A DNA stretch of 64,000 bases from Escherichia phage nepoznato: the sequence record NC_052658.1. One strand, given 5' to 3'. A program made the translations under genes and the position numbers. Positions 1 through 9,699 of this stretch are shown here, in pieces. The stretch's first letter is position 1. The number at the start of each line of letters is the position of its first letter. The notes beneath the pieces are model-generated. The model was given only the letters and a program-made list of their open reading frames with translations. It did not search any database and was not told the origin of the DNA.

Positions 1-1
1 A

Positions 2-700
2 GATTATGTAGATGGTGTTATTAATTGCGCCGCTTATACGGCTGTAGATAAGGCAGAACATGATTTTGCTACTGCTTTGGCTGTTAATGCGTATGGACCT
101 GCAAATATTGCGGCAGTGTGCAGCAAACTTAAAATTGATTTTGTGCATATTTCTACAGATTATATTTTTAATTATTCTCATCCTATTTTTGAAGATACTA
201 CACCTAACCCAATAAACAATTATGGGTATACGAAAGAACTTGGTGAAAAAATGGTGCGAGGAGTTAACCCAAATGCATATATTATTCGAACAACCTCGGT
301 ATATAGAGAATTTGGAAATAACTTTCTAAAAACCATGTTGTCTCGCTATAATGATGGACAACGTGATTTTATTATTGTTGCTGATCAGTTCTCTTGTCCA
401 ACATATGCTCCAGATTTAGCAGAAGCTATTTTTGAAGTATTAAAAACAGGTTGGTCAAGGTCTGTTAAGACTTACCATTTTGCAGGAAGCCATCTTATTT
501 CTTGGGCGGAGTTTGCGGAAAAGATCTTGACACAGATGCCAGAACCTGTTAAGATATCGGCGGTATCAGCTTCAACCTATAATGCTCCAGCAGCACGTCC
601 GGTGAAGTCACAACTAGTAACCAGTCACTATCTTACAAAATCAGATTTAAATAAAGGTATTGAACAGTCTTTAGCAGTATTACTTAATAAGGAGAGGTAA
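2..700 (+). CDS. RmlD-family dTDP-4-dehydrorhamnose reductase-like sugar nucleotide reductase (5' end outside window)
   Basis: Frame open from window start; motifs HISTDYIF, YGYTKELGE, IVADQFSCPTYAPDLA typical of RmlD. Confidence 0.7.
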   Translation, partial: DYVDGVINCAAYTAVDKAEHDFATALAVNAYGPANIAAVCSKLKIDFVHISTDYIFNYSHPIFEDTTPNPINNYGYTKELGEKMVRGVNPNAYIIRTTSVYREFGNNFLKTMLSRYNDGQRDFIIVADQFSCPTYAPDLAEAIFEVLKTGWSRSVKTYHFAGSHLISWAEFAEKILTQMPEPVKISAVSASTYNAPAARPVKSQLVTSHYLTKSDLNKGIEQSLAVLLNKER

Positions 701-960
701 TGGAATTTGTAATTTTTGGTAAACCTAACTGTCAATTTTGCGAAATGTCAAAACAACTATTAACCATGCGCAATAAACAGTTTGAATATTTAAGTCTTGA
801 TCAAGACTATGATTTAGAATCAATGACTAAAACAGTTGTTGATCTTACCGGAGTTCCTCCACGCACATTTCCACAAATTCTGTCTGAAGTGAACGGGGAG
901 GTAACATACGTAGGCGGTTTTACCGAACTGCGTGATCTCATGGCTCAAATTGCGGAGTAA
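700..960 (+). CDS. nrdC: glutaredoxin-like redoxin (T4 NrdC-like)
   Basis: 86 aa; CQFC active site near N-terminus; C-terminal GGF..L signature; start overlaps upstream stop. Confidence 0.6.
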   Translation: MEFVIFGKPNCQFCEMSKQLLTMRNKQFEYLSLDQDYDLESMTKTVVDLTGVPPRTFPQILSEVNGEVTYVGGFTELRDLMAQIAE

Positions 961-965
961 CAATT

Positions 966-1115
966 ATGAAAAGTAAACAGAAACGTAAGATCTTTTCTCG
1001 TGCTTTGGCAAATGAGCTGAAGTCCAACATAAAGAAAACGAAACCAAAACGTGAAACTTCTCCAGAACATCTGTTGTTTAACGAGTTGGATCACGGAGTA
1101 GGAGACGACGAATAG
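966..1115 (+). CDS. small basic hypothetical protein (about 49 aa)
   Basis: ATG-initiated ORF filling gap between redoxin and lysozyme; below track length cutoff; approximate coordinates. Confidence 0.3.
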   Translation: MKSKQKRKIFSRALANELKSNIKKTKPKRETSPEHLLFNELDHGVGDDE

Positions 1116-1122
1116 GAAGTAA

Positions 1123-1623
1123 ATGGCTAAAGTAGTAGATGAGTTTGATATGCTACGAGTCGATGAAGGACTGAAGCTTACTGTTTATCAAGACCATCTT
1201 GGTTATTGGACAGTCGGCATAGGACACCTTCTGACTAAAATAAAAGATAAAGCAAAGGCTATTCAAATCTTAGATAATCTTCTTGGTCGTAAGACTAATG
1301 GAGTTATCACAGAAAAAGAAGCCCGTCAAATCTTTGCTGACGATGTTGCAAAAGTGAAGAGAGACATAAAAAACAGTGCTATCTTATCACCAATCTATGA
1401 TAAGGTGAGTGATACTCGTAAATTGGGAATAATTAACATGGTTTTCCAGTTGGGGTTAAAAGGTGCTGAAGGGTTTCAAAATAGCTTGACTTTAATCAGC
1501 AATGCATATTATACTCAAGCAGGTAAAAACATGCGTAAAAGCCGATGGTATAGCCAGACGCCAAACCGTGCTGAACGAGTAATTAAAGTTCTGACTTCTG
1601 GAACTTTAGATGCTTACAACTAA
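1123..1623 (+). CDS. e: T4-type lysozyme (endolysin, GH24 muramidase)
   Basis: Near-colinear match to T4 lysozyme blocks: EGLKL..Y.D..GYWTVGIGHLLTK, INMVFQLG, AGF.NSL, KSRWY.QTPNRA.RVI. Confidence 0.9.
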   Translation: MAKVVDEFDMLRVDEGLKLTVYQDHLGYWTVGIGHLLTKIKDKAKAIQILDNLLGRKTNGVITEKEARQIFADDVAKVKRDIKNSAILSPIYDKVSDTRKLGIINMVFQLGLKGAEGFQNSLTLISNAYYTQAGKNMRKSRWYSQTPNRAERVIKVLTSGTLDAYN

Positions 1624-1626
1624 TAA

Positions 1627-1645
1627 AGGGGCTTCGGCCCCTTCT
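1627..1645 (+). terminator. GGGGC-UUCG-GCCCC tetraloop hairpin (mRNA-stabilising or terminator)
   Basis: Perfect 5-bp GC stem with UUCG loop followed by UUCU; same hairpin recurs at 15124. Confidence 0.4.
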
Positions 1646-1660
1646 AAAAGGAGTGCTACT

Positions 1661-2419
1661 ATGGGAAATAAAACCGCAGCTAAAACACAACGGCAGAAAC
1701 TGGCTAATTCAGCAAAGATTGAAAGCCGTTATGCAGCAAAAGCGGTAGGTAATGACGATTACCGTTTAGATGAATTTATGCCTGAAGGGGACCAAAATAA
1801 GATTGTTCAAAGCATGATTTGGAATGATCTGACTGTTGTAAATGCTCCGGCAGGGACTGGTAAAACCTCTGTTGCTTTATGGAAAGCTTTGCAGATGCTT
1901 CGTTCAGGAGACTTCCGTAAACTACTTTTTATCAAGAACCCTACTGAAGTAGGAGATGATCAGATTGGTTTCTTGTCTGGGGATAAAACAGATAAACTAG
2001 CAGCACACTATGAATCTACAAAACGTATTTTCCAGCAATTCATGACAGCCAACAAATTGGAAAACGATATTGGATCAGGTAAGATCGAATTGAATATTCC
2101 TAACTATTTGTTGGGAGCTACCCTGGATAATACAATTGTCATTATTGACGAAGCACAACTTATGTCAACAGAAACACTTAAACTTCTTATTGAACGTGCA
2201 GGTATTAATACGCATGTTATTGTATTAGGCGATGTTCGCCAGACATATGCAATTAAAAAACGTAGCAATGGTCTGCATCAAATTTTGGAACTTTTATATC
2301 CAGAAAATGAAGAAGGTGTTCGTGAGCCAATTGTAGATTTTATTGGATATGTTGAACTGACAACGGACGATAATAAACGTGGACGTTTGTCTAAACTGAT
2401 TACTGAAGTGTTTATTTAA
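1661..2419 (+). CDS. phoH: PhoH-like ATPase
   Basis: Walker A NAPAGTGKTS, Walker B IIDEAQ, PhoH-like KNPTEVGDDQIGFL and HVIVLGDVRQ; start set to ATG 1661 after hairpin. Confidence 0.85.
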   Translation: MGNKTAAKTQRQKLANSAKIESRYAAKAVGNDDYRLDEFMPEGDQNKIVQSMIWNDLTVVNAPAGTGKTSVALWKALQMLRSGDFRKLLFIKNPTEVGDDQIGFLSGDKTDKLAAHYESTKRIFQQFMTANKLENDIGSGKIELNIPNYLLGATLDNTIVIIDEAQLMSTETLKLLIERAGINTHVIVLGDVRQTYAIKKRSNGLHQILELLYPENEEGVREPIVDFIGYVELTTDDNKRGRLSKLITEVFI

Positions 2420-2451
2420 TAACGTGGCAGGGAAGCCATTTATAAGGAGGA

Positions 2452-2955
2452 TTGATGGGTGTAGCAACAATAGCTATCGGAAGAAGCGGTATAGATGAGT
2501 GCTATCAAACGGGACTCGTAAAACCTAACGAATTTCGTCAAATTTGTGTAAACCATATTGAAAAAGAGATTGCTCTTACTTTAGAGAATATGACCCTCCG
2601 AGATAAACTGGAAATGTTTAAATGTTGGTGTCTAGGAGAAGATTGGCTTTTAAACCATTTTCAAGAACTTTCTGATAGTAAAGAAAGCTTGTTTGATTGT
2701 ATAATAGGAATAGCTGGCTCCGATCCCAGCCTTCTGCACATAACAGAAGAAGAGGCGAAGTTACTGTTCTTAAGTAATTTGTTTAATAAGAAAGCACTGC
2801 TTGTTCGTGATTGTAGTGATCTTCTTAATAACCCGCTCGCAACGTCTGATCAAATTTTTGTTGACAAAGAGACACTACGTGCGATAGAATACATCTGCAA
2901 ATATGTGAATGGCGGGAAAGCGGTTCTTAAAACATTAACAGAGGAGGAAGAATAG
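2452..2955 (+). CDS. hypothetical protein
   Basis: 167-aa ORF with RBS AAGGAGG upstream; no recognisable domain. Confidence 0.5.
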   Translation: MMGVATIAIGRSGIDECYQTGLVKPNEFRQICVNHIEKEIALTLENMTLRDKLEMFKCWCLGEDWLLNHFQELSDSKESLFDCIIGIAGSDPSLLHITEEEAKLLFLSNLFNKKALLVRDCSDLLNNPLATSDQIFVDKETLRAIEYICKYVNGGKAVLKTLTEEEE

Positions 2956-3647
2956 TGACGACAATTATTGCAACCAAGAATAAGATTTTGAGTGATGGTA
3001 AGGTAACTTTTGGCGGACGTGTAGATTCTATTAATTTCAAAAAGGTCCGAAAAATTGGAGATTACCTTGTAGGTGGTGCTGGTCGTCTGACCTCCGTGCT
3101 TTCTTTCTTTCAATGGTTTGAACAAAACCTACAGTGCGAAGCAGCACGTGATGCTGTCCCTGGTTTGATGATTCATTCTGATCCAGACAAAGAAGATGAA
3201 GAGTTTATTGCGCTTGTTGTTCATCCAGACGGACGTATTTTCCTGCACGAAGGTAACAATCCAACACGTGCATATCCGATTGATGAAGAATATTATGCAG
3301 TAGGAAGTGGGTCAGACTTTGCTTTAGCTGCTCTTGATGCAGGGGCAACACCAGAACAAGCTATGGAAGTAGCTAAAAAGCGAGATGCTTTTTCTGGTGG
3401 TGAAACATTTATTGAAGAACAAGACGAGATTATTGAATTAACAGACGATGATTTAGAAAACTTCTCCAAAGAAGAATTAATCAATCTTTTGAAATTCGGT
3501 AATCCCTACGGTGAAGAAGAACCTCGTAACGTGGCAGGTAACGAGGCGGATACTGAAGAAAAATCTGTTGCAGAAAACAACTTGACTTCTAAATCTGAAA
3601 ATATTAATCTCGTAAATGTGGCGGATTTCGAAGGAACCGCTATTTAA
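2955..3647 (+). CDS. HslV-like Ntn-hydrolase peptidase
   Basis: N-terminal MTTII (Thr nucleophile after Met), KKVRK, GGAG, AVGSGSDFALAAL blocks matching HslV; acidic C-terminal extension. Confidence 0.55.
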   Translation: MTTIIATKNKILSDGKVTFGGRVDSINFKKVRKIGDYLVGGAGRLTSVLSFFQWFEQNLQCEAARDAVPGLMIHSDPDKEDEEFIALVVHPDGRIFLHEGNNPTRAYPIDEEYYAVGSGSDFALAALDAGATPEQAMEVAKKRDAFSGGETFIEEQDEIIELTDDDLENFSKEELINLLKFGNPYGEEEPRNVAGNEADTEEKSVAENNLTSKSENINLVNVADFEGTAI

Positions 3648-3653
3648 CAAACT

Positions 3654-3672
3654 GCCCCTTCGGGGGCATTTC
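3654..3672 (+). terminator. GCCCC-UUCG-GGGGC tetraloop hairpin
   Basis: GC stem with UUCG loop followed by AUUUCUU, between two plus-strand genes. Confidence 0.4.
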
Positions 3673-3692
3673 TTAAACATAGGAGATTAATA

Positions 3693-4127
3693 ATGTTACA
3701 AGTTCCTGCTAAGTTTGTTGAAGGCGCTATCCACTCTTACCGTCAAACATGTAAGAGGGCAAGAAACTGTTTAGATGGTCTGGTGGCAAAAACCTATACT
3801 GTTGAAAAGAAGAAACGTTGGTTTGGCAAAGATGTTTACGAAGTTAATATTTTTGGTGAACATAAACTAAACCACGATACTCCTGAAAACATGTTAGAAA
3901 TATTTCTAAGAGATGACAAAATATCTCCTATGGATTACCAACTTTTAAAATTTTATGATTCTTCTTTGGCTATTGATAAGTTTGTTGAGGATATTCTGTC
4001 TAGAAAAACAGATAAAAACACTTATCCTCTAGAGGCTGATCAAATAGGATTATTAAACGAGATTTCATCTTTTAAAGAGTTGGATAATATTACAAAAGAG
4101 GAGATTTTAGATGGCATTAGATTATGA
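3693..4127 (+). CDS. hypothetical protein
   Basis: 144-aa ORF, RBS AGGAGA upstream. Confidence 0.5.
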   Translation: MLQVPAKFVEGAIHSYRQTCKRARNCLDGLVAKTYTVEKKKRWFGKDVYEVNIFGEHKLNHDTPENMLEIFLRDDKISPMDYQLLKFYDSSLAIDKFVEDILSRKTDKNTYPLEADQIGLLNEISSFKELDNITKEEILDGIRL

Positions 4128-4620
4128 TCGCCCAACGAGCGATTATTATCCAACACCGCAAAAAGCAATCAATAGTTTGTTTAGTGTTATAGATTTCAAA
4201 AATCTAAAGGAAGAAGGTTGGGTTTTTGCAGAACCTTGCAGAGGTGAAGCTGAAGCGATTTATCGCCATTTTCCTGAAGGTTCAGAATATTGTGAACTTG
4301 AAGAAGGTAAGGATTATTTTAGTCACGAGTGGGAAAATCGTCCCGACATTATAATCACAAACCCTCCATTTAAGTTAGCAATGGAGTTCTTGGAAAAGAG
4401 CTTAAAAGAGGCGGATGTTTGTATTTATCTTCTTCGGTTGGGCTTCTTGGAGTCAAAGAAACGACGAGAGTTCCATCAAAAGAATCCACCGACAAACCTT
4501 ATAGTTCTTTCAGAACGGCCTTCGTTTGTTGCAGGTGGAACAGATAAGACAGCATACGCTTGGTATGTATACGACCCAAAGAATCGTTTGGGCCTCTCTC
4601 AACCATTTTATTTTGTTTAA
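4111..4620 (+). CDS. dam: phage Dam-type DNA N6-adenine methyltransferase
   Basis: N-terminal DYYPTP and catalytic NPPF motif in a 169-aa protein, as in small phage Dam-family methylases. Confidence 0.7.
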   Translation: MALDYDRPTSDYYPTPQKAINSLFSVIDFKNLKEEGWVFAEPCRGEAEAIYRHFPEGSEYCELEEGKDYFSHEWENRPDIIITNPPFKLAMEFLEKSLKEADVCIYLLRLGFLESKKRREFHQKNPPTNLIVLSERPSFVAGGTDKTAYAWYVYDPKNRLGLSQPFYFV

Positions 4621-4632
4621 GGAGTGTGAACT

Positions 4633-4869
4633 ATGGGTAAACTAATTATGACAGTGGCTATTGATTTTGATGAAGTAGATGAAAGCCTCAACCTTTCACT
4701 TTCTACTGATGTAGAGGGTGAAATGGATAATATTGAAGCAGCTACTGCTCTTTTCTTCAAAAAAGCTATTGAAGTTTATGCCGAACATGCTGCAAACCAA
4801 GCAGTAGACTATGGCGGCATCGTGCGAGCTTTGGTTCACTCTACCGAGGACAATGACTGGGAAGACTAA
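4633..4869 (+). CDS. hypothetical acidic protein
   Basis: 78-aa ORF in tandem same-strand array. Confidence 0.45.
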   Translation: MGKLIMTVAIDFDEVDESLNLSLSTDVEGEMDNIEAATALFFKKAIEVYAEHAANQAVDYGGIVRALVHSTEDNDWED

Positions 4870-5072
4870 TGGCTTACAATTATTACTGCATTTATGCACA
4901 TGAAAAGAAAAAAGGTGACACTGGGACTAACGTTTATGCGGAGTCTGAATCTCATGCAAAAGAGATTGGTGCTATCCTTCTATCACGCTGGACTGGAAAT
5001 AATTACAGTGCAGAAGATATGTTTGCAGAAGTAGATTCTGGTATCCAAGAAGACAACATAACAACTACGTGA
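4869..5072 (+). CDS. hypothetical protein
   Basis: 67-aa ORF, ATGA-type overlap with upstream gene. Confidence 0.4.
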   Translation: MAYNYYCIYAHEKKKGDTGTNVYAESESHAKEIGAILLSRWTGNNYSAEDMFAEVDSGIQEDNITTT

Positions 5073-5117
5073 TATACTTATACTCCCTTCTCGGAGGGAG
5101 TATTTTAAGGAGGGATT

Positions 5118-5312
5118 ATGCAGAGCGGAGAAGAACTTTTAGAGAAACAATTCTCAACGCGTCAACAAGCTTTAAGTTATATGGTTTTTCTAAGCAATCT
5201 TGATGTGAATGAGATACTTTTACGGCGCGAAGGTAATTTCTGGAGCGTTAAATATCATGCAACAAGGTCTGTAATCTACCTGGAAGAGGCGGAATTCTCT
5301 TTGGTAGAATGA
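5118..5312 (+). CDS. hypothetical protein
   Basis: 64-aa ORF preceded by hairpin and RBS AAGGAGGG. Confidence 0.45.
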   Translation: MQSGEELLEKQFSTRQQALSYMVFLSNLDVNEILLRREGNFWSVKYHATRSVIYLEEAEFSLVE

Positions 5313-5326
5313 TCCGAGGAGTAGTT

Positions 5327-5899
5327 ATGCGTTCAACTTTCACTGGCAAAATAAACGCTGGTTTGATTTTTACCGCAGTAAGCATTCTTAGCAAAAAGTT
5401 TAAAGTTGTTAACTTACCTGTGTGTGTCGATTTCGATCATGTTTTTGATCCTTCGAACCCCACTCGTTGCATAGTAAGGAGTAATGTTGAAAACCCAACA
5501 GAAAATCTTTTTTATGTAACAAAACCATCTCAAAGCATACTTAACCAGGTTGAGGCGAAATTGATACCTAACGGTAAATATTACTCCTTTTTACCTTGTA
5601 AGTCGGTTGAAGTAGAGAATAGCAGTACTTTCGCTAACAACTTGTCTGTATTCGTTTTCTTTGTTTCGCACGAAGATGAAACAGATGAAATGGTAGCAAC
5701 AGTGAGATCACTTTATGACTCTTTAGGGGTTGTTTATAGACAACAAGTGTGCGAAAATAATAAAGCCTGTGTAGATTTCATTATCAACGGTATTTGTGTT
5801 TGTAGAGTAGAATCTTTTTGGCTGCACGATACATATGTGACTGTAGCAGAGGTTATATCTGAACCAAAATTTAGTCATGCTGTTTCGTTAATAATTTGA
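5327..5899 (+). CDS. hypothetical protein
   Basis: Track ORF 5309-5899; start moved to internal ATG preceded by GAGGAG. Confidence 0.45.
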   Translation: MRSTFTGKINAGLIFTAVSILSKKFKVVNLPVCVDFDHVFDPSNPTRCIVRSNVENPTENLFYVTKPSQSILNQVEAKLIPNGKYYSFLPCKSVEVENSSTFANNLSVFVFFVSHEDETDEMVATVRSLYDSLGVVYRQQVCENNKACVDFIINGICVCRVESFWLHDTYVTVAEVISEPKFSHAVSLII

Positions 5900-5909
5900 G
5901 GAGGAAGGA

Positions 5910-6239
5910 ATGGAAATTACTACAGAACAAGCCCTTATCGACGAGGGTCGTAAAATCTTAGAAAAGCATTTAGGGGAGATTCATAAAACTCCTGGCTATT
6001 TGGGTTGGAGAATTGTTGAAGCTGTAGATTTCCTTCCTCGTAACAGTAAAAGCGTCGAAATGCGATCTCTTTTCTTATTAGTAAAGGTGGATGGGGATAC
6101 ACCTTTTAAAGATGCCGCAGAGCATATTGAAAAAGTTGAAGAGAAAGCTTATGCAGAATTTGCCGATCTTGTTTTAGAACAAGAGATTGAAGGAAAGGTG
6201 AATATTTTTATTTTCTTAGATTTTGAGGAGGATAAGTGA
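5910..6239 (+). CDS. hypothetical protein
   Basis: 109-aa ORF, RBS GGAGGAAGG upstream. Confidence 0.45.
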   Translation: MEITTEQALIDEGRKILEKHLGEIHKTPGYLGWRIVEAVDFLPRNSKSVEMRSLFLLVKVDGDTPFKDAAEHIEKVEEKAYAEFADLVLEQEIEGKVNIFIFLDFEEDK

Positions 6240-6979
6240 TCATACATAGAGAAATTACTGTTAAAAGCGATCAAGATCTTTTTATAATTGGAGATCTACA
6301 CGGTTGTTATAATTTGTATGAAAAAGGAAAGGCAAAGTTAGGTATCCGAGATACAGATGTAGTTGTATCTTTAGGAGATCTTACTGACCGTGGAAAGCAA
6401 AACTTTCGTTGTGTTTTAGAATTTACTCGTAAACACAATCGCTACGCTATTCGTGGAAATCATGAAGACATGATGATTAAAGGTATGCTGGAAGGAGATC
6501 GTAGCTACTTCGAGTGTTGGTATCAAAATGGAGGATATACAGTCCTTGAAGAATGTGGTGAAGAAGGAGCTACAGCCTTAGCAATGATGACAGAAGATTT
6601 ACCTGTTGTTCTCATTGTTAACTACAGAGGCATGAAACTTGCGTTTATTCATGGTGGGTATCCATCTTCTTTGGAATATCTCCCTGTAACAGATATTCCA
6701 GAATACACTTTGAAGATGACAAAAACACAGGAAAACCGTTTTGCTGAAGCACTTATGTGGGACAGAGATATGGTGGACTGTGCTAAAGAGGGAATGAAAC
6801 TTCCTGTTGTGATGGGTGTGGACTATGTGTTTCATGGACACTCTTATGTAAAAACACCTATTATCAATGCGAATCGTGTTTATATGGATACTGGATCTGT
6901 GTTCAATAATAACTTAACATTTGCTTATTTCGATATGGACGGTGGTCTTCAATTTTATTCAACTCTTGAGGAGGATTAA
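6236..6979 (+). CDS. Ser/Thr protein phosphatase (calcineurin-like metallophosphoesterase)
   Basis: Metallophosphatase motifs GDLHGCY, GDLTDRG, GNHED, GHS in order; GTG start overlapping upstream stop. Confidence 0.8.
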   Translation: MIIHREITVKSDQDLFIIGDLHGCYNLYEKGKAKLGIRDTDVVVSLGDLTDRGKQNFRCVLEFTRKHNRYAIRGNHEDMMIKGMLEGDRSYFECWYQNGGYTVLEECGEEGATALAMMTEDLPVVLIVNYRGMKLAFIHGGYPSSLEYLPVTDIPEYTLKMTKTQENRFAEALMWDRDMVDCAKEGMKLPVVMGVDYVFHGHSYVKTPIINANRVYMDTGSVFNNNLTFAYFDMDGGLQFYSTLEED

Positions 6980-7287
6980 TGTATAAGATTACAATTATTC
7001 AAAGTGTAGGTAATATCCGTAAAGAAGTTATCTTAGAAACAGAAGATGTTAATCTTGTTCGTGAGATTGTTTTTAAGGAAGATAACCTGCAAACTGTAGA
7101 ATCGGATGCACCGAATCTTATGGTGGATCAAGAATATTCTGAACTTCGTCGTATTTTTGAAGAGATTCAGAAGAAAGAAACACAACCTACCATAAAACCT
7201 TTTGGTCCTTATGATCCGAGCAATCCTAGCAGTCCTTGGATCATGAGAAATACGGAACCCTATACACCTTTTGAAATTACTTGTTGA
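6979..7287 (+). CDS. hypothetical protein
   Basis: 102-aa ORF with RBS GAGGAGG. Confidence 0.45.
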   Translation: MYKITIIQSVGNIRKEVILETEDVNLVREIVFKEDNLQTVESDAPNLMVDQEYSELRRIFEEIQKKETQPTIKPFGPYDPSNPSSPWIMRNTEPYTPFEITC

Positions 7288-7294
7288 GGTGATT

Positions 7295-7876
7295 ATGGCA
7301 GAACTGTTCTATACGGGAGTTGGAAGTAGAGACATATCTGAAGAAGAGTGGGCTTTGATGGTAGGCATAGGAAAATGGCTTTCAAACCTTGGGTTTAAAT
7401 TAAGGTCTGGGAAGGCAGAGGGTAGTGATTCTGCTTTTGAAACAGGTGTCCAAGAGTCTGAAAATCCTACTAACAAGGAGATTTATGTTCCTTGGGAAAA
7501 TTTCAAAGGTAATCAGATTCCAGGTGATGTTATTGTTCTTGCAAAACCAGATACAATGAACTATGCTATCTCTGTGCAATGGATCAAAGATGTTCACCCA
7601 GCTTATGAAAAGCTTAAGCAGGGTGCTAGAAAATTGCACCAACGTAATGTGCATCAGGTGTTAGGCAGAGATTTGGAGAATCCTGCTCCATCGTGTTTCT
7701 TGTTGGCTTGTGCTAATACTGATAAACATGGGGATGCAAAAGGTGGAACAGCTACGGCTTGGAAGATAGCTAAAGCCAATAATGTTCCTTGTTTAAACAT
7801 TCGTGGGAAAACAAAACAAGAGATTTACGATTTTCTACGACCTTTGGTAATGAGGGCAATAACAAGTGATTCCTAA
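7295..7876 (+). CDS. SLOG/DprA-like Rossmann-fold nucleotide-binding protein
   Basis: GVGSRD ... SGKAEGSDSA ... GGTATAW pattern; start moved to ATG after GAGGTG. Confidence 0.4.
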   Translation: MAELFYTGVGSRDISEEEWALMVGIGKWLSNLGFKLRSGKAEGSDSAFETGVQESENPTNKEIYVPWENFKGNQIPGDVIVLAKPDTMNYAISVQWIKDVHPAYEKLKQGARKLHQRNVHQVLGRDLENPAPSCFLLACANTDKHGDAKGGTATAWKIAKANNVPCLNIRGKTKQEIYDFLRPLVMRAITSDS

Positions 7877-8378
7877 ACGTAAACGTGGTGAACAAAGAAC
7901 AAATTTGGCAGAAATCTTAGATTACAACATGGTTAATGATGTGACAAAAGAAATTCTCCCTATTGTAGAAGATATTCTTCGTAGAGGGTTACGATTCTGC
8001 TCGGATCGGGTACATTTCATGTGGACACATAAAAGTGACTCCGCTTTGAATTTCTATCCTTTAGATTATACTCTGAACAATACAGAGATGAAAGATATCA
8101 ACAAATACTTAATGGGATATAAAGATATAACCGAAACTGTTCTTGGAGAATTGGCAGAGATCTTGGCTAATGATATCCTTAGAAATATTAATAAGGCTCT
8201 TGACAGAAGTCCAGCAGGAGTAGTAGTATCTTTTGCTGTGCCAGATATGGTTAAATATGAGTCTACAATACCTAATAAAGCTTATGCCTTTCTTCGGAGA
8301 GACGTTCGTGGAAATGTGTTGGAGATGGAGTCAAACTACAAGATTGAGGAGGTTTTATGGCAGAGTTCGGATCAGTAA
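7866..8378 (+). CDS. hypothetical protein
   Basis: 170-aa ORF in tandem array. Confidence 0.45.
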   Translation: MIPKRKRGEQRTNLAEILDYNMVNDVTKEILPIVEDILRRGLRFCSDRVHFMWTHKSDSALNFYPLDYTLNNTEMKDINKYLMGYKDITETVLGELAEILANDILRNINKALDRSPAGVVVSFAVPDMVKYESTIPNKAYAFLRRDVRGNVLEMESNYKIEEVLWQSSDQ

Positions 8379-8647
8379 CAAGTTTTGAAAGTAACTTCGT
8401 TACCGCTTGGGAAGCTTGGGATGAAATGGGTGTTGGGGAACTTTATTTTTACAATGTAACACTACGTCCAGAGTATGCTTACCTGGTACCAGAAGGAACA
8501 GTTCAAATTGGCATGTATTTGTCTTCTCAAGACGGTGTTGTTCAATTTGAGTTTTATTCTAACACAACGGACAACGAATTTACATACCGCGCATTTCATG
8601 TCAACATGTCTTTAGGAGAGGAGAAATTTTATGACGACCAAGTTTAA
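8357..8647 (+). CDS. hypothetical protein
   Basis: 96-aa ORF in tandem array. Confidence 0.4.
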   Translation: MAEFGSVTSFESNFVTAWEAWDEMGVGELYFYNVTLRPEYAYLVPEGTVQIGMYLSSQDGVVQFEFYSNTTDNEFTYRAFHVNMSLGEEKFYDDQV

Positions 8648-8828
8648 AACAGTAGAAGAAGCCGTAAAAGCAGCTTATGAGGCTTTAGCGGAAGCAGAGC
8701 AGTTAGCAGATGAGACTGGTAAAGGTTTCCGTTTCTCCCCTGAATATGGGATGGGTGGTTATTATGATCCAGAAGACGAAAATGAGAACACTGGAACAAA
8801 TTGGCATCCATCTTCTTTAAGTTGTTAA
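8631..8828 (+). CDS. hypothetical protein
   Basis: 65-aa ORF with RBS GGAGAGGAG. Confidence 0.4.
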   Translation: MTTKFKTVEEAVKAAYEALAEAEQLADETGKGFRFSPEYGMGGYYDPEDENENTGTNWHPSSLSC

Positions 8829-9109
8829 TAGGAGGTAAAGTGGGAATCGAAGATATCAAAGGTTATAAACCGCATACCGATGACAAAATTGGTAAAGTGA
8901 ATGCTATTAAAGATGCTGAAGTTCGATTAGGATTAATCTTTGATGCTCTAATGTCTGAATTGTGGGCTGAACTGGATGATTGTGAAGATTTGGAAGAGTC
9001 TACCAATATATCCACCCGCCTTGACCAAATTTCAATAGCAAAGACTAAGTTGAAAGAAGCTTCTATGTGGGCCTGTCGTTCCGTTTTCCAACCAGAGGAG
9101 AAATACTAA
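8801..9109 (+). CDS. hypothetical protein (true start possibly GTG near 8840)
   Basis: Track ORF; AGGAGG followed by GTG about 40 nt inside. Confidence 0.4.
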   Translation: MASIFFKLLIGGKVGIEDIKGYKPHTDDKIGKVNAIKDAEVRLGLIFDALMSELWAELDDCEDLEESTNISTRLDQISIAKTKLKEASMWACRSVFQPEEKY

Positions 9110-9327
9110 TGAGTGATCGTAATGTTGAAGAATTAACTGAAAAAGCCCAAGCTATTATGGCTTTAGTGGACGAACTTACAAAAGAAGCTGAAGATGCTGG
9201 TTTTGGTCTTAGTTTAGAAAATGACGCAATCTGTTTTGAAGATTGGCAATCCTCTTCTTGTTATGGTGAAGGTGATGATGGTTTCGTCGTTAATTCTCAA
9301 GGCGTTTGGCACAGTAGTAGCTGTTAA
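9109..9327 (+). CDS. hypothetical acidic protein
   Basis: Track ORF 9067-9327; start moved to ATG after GAGGAG. Confidence 0.4.
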   Translation: MSDRNVEELTEKAQAIMALVDELTKEAEDAGFGLSLENDAICFEDWQSSSCYGEGDDGFVVNSQGVWHSSSC

Positions 9328-9336
9328 GGAGAGATT

Positions 9337-9609
9337 GTGGAGTCTGAAGGCGAACTGCTGATAAAAAAGAAAGTTAAAGAGATGGAACAAGCACAAAGAA
9401 AGTTTCGTAAGGAGATTGAAGAACTTTGTGAACAGTTTCAGGAACAAGCTTGGATAGGTGACTACGGTAACGGAGAAACTTATTACCCTACAGGAACGCC
9501 AGCCGCAGATCACTATATTGATTTCATTTGTGAAGATTATGGTGTAGAGTTGGATGAAAATGGTTTAACCACAAGAGGTGTTTGGATCTCTTCTTCCTCA
9601 ATGTGTTAG
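9337..9609 (+). CDS. hypothetical protein
   Basis: 90-aa ORF followed by intrinsic terminator. Confidence 0.45.
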   Translation: MESEGELLIKKKVKEMEQAQRKFRKEIEELCEQFQEQAWIGDYGNGETYYPTGTPAADHYIDFICEDYGVELDENGLTTRGVWISSSSMC

Positions 9610-9618
9610 TAAATAATA

Positions 9619-9640
9619 ACCCGCTTCGGCGGGTTTTTTA
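9619..9640 (+). terminator. intrinsic terminator
   Basis: ACCCGC-UUCG-GCGGGU hairpin followed by UUUUUU. Confidence 0.7.
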
Positions 9641-9669
9641 TTGACAGAAATCTGGAAGCTTGATAAACT
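9641..9669 (+). promoter_or_regulatory. sigma70-type promoter
   Basis: TTGACA, 17-bp spacer, TAAACT; directly after terminator and before RBS GAGGAG of next gene. Confidence 0.55.
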
Positions 9670-9699
9670 TAACCTATCAACCAATAGAGGAGAAATATT

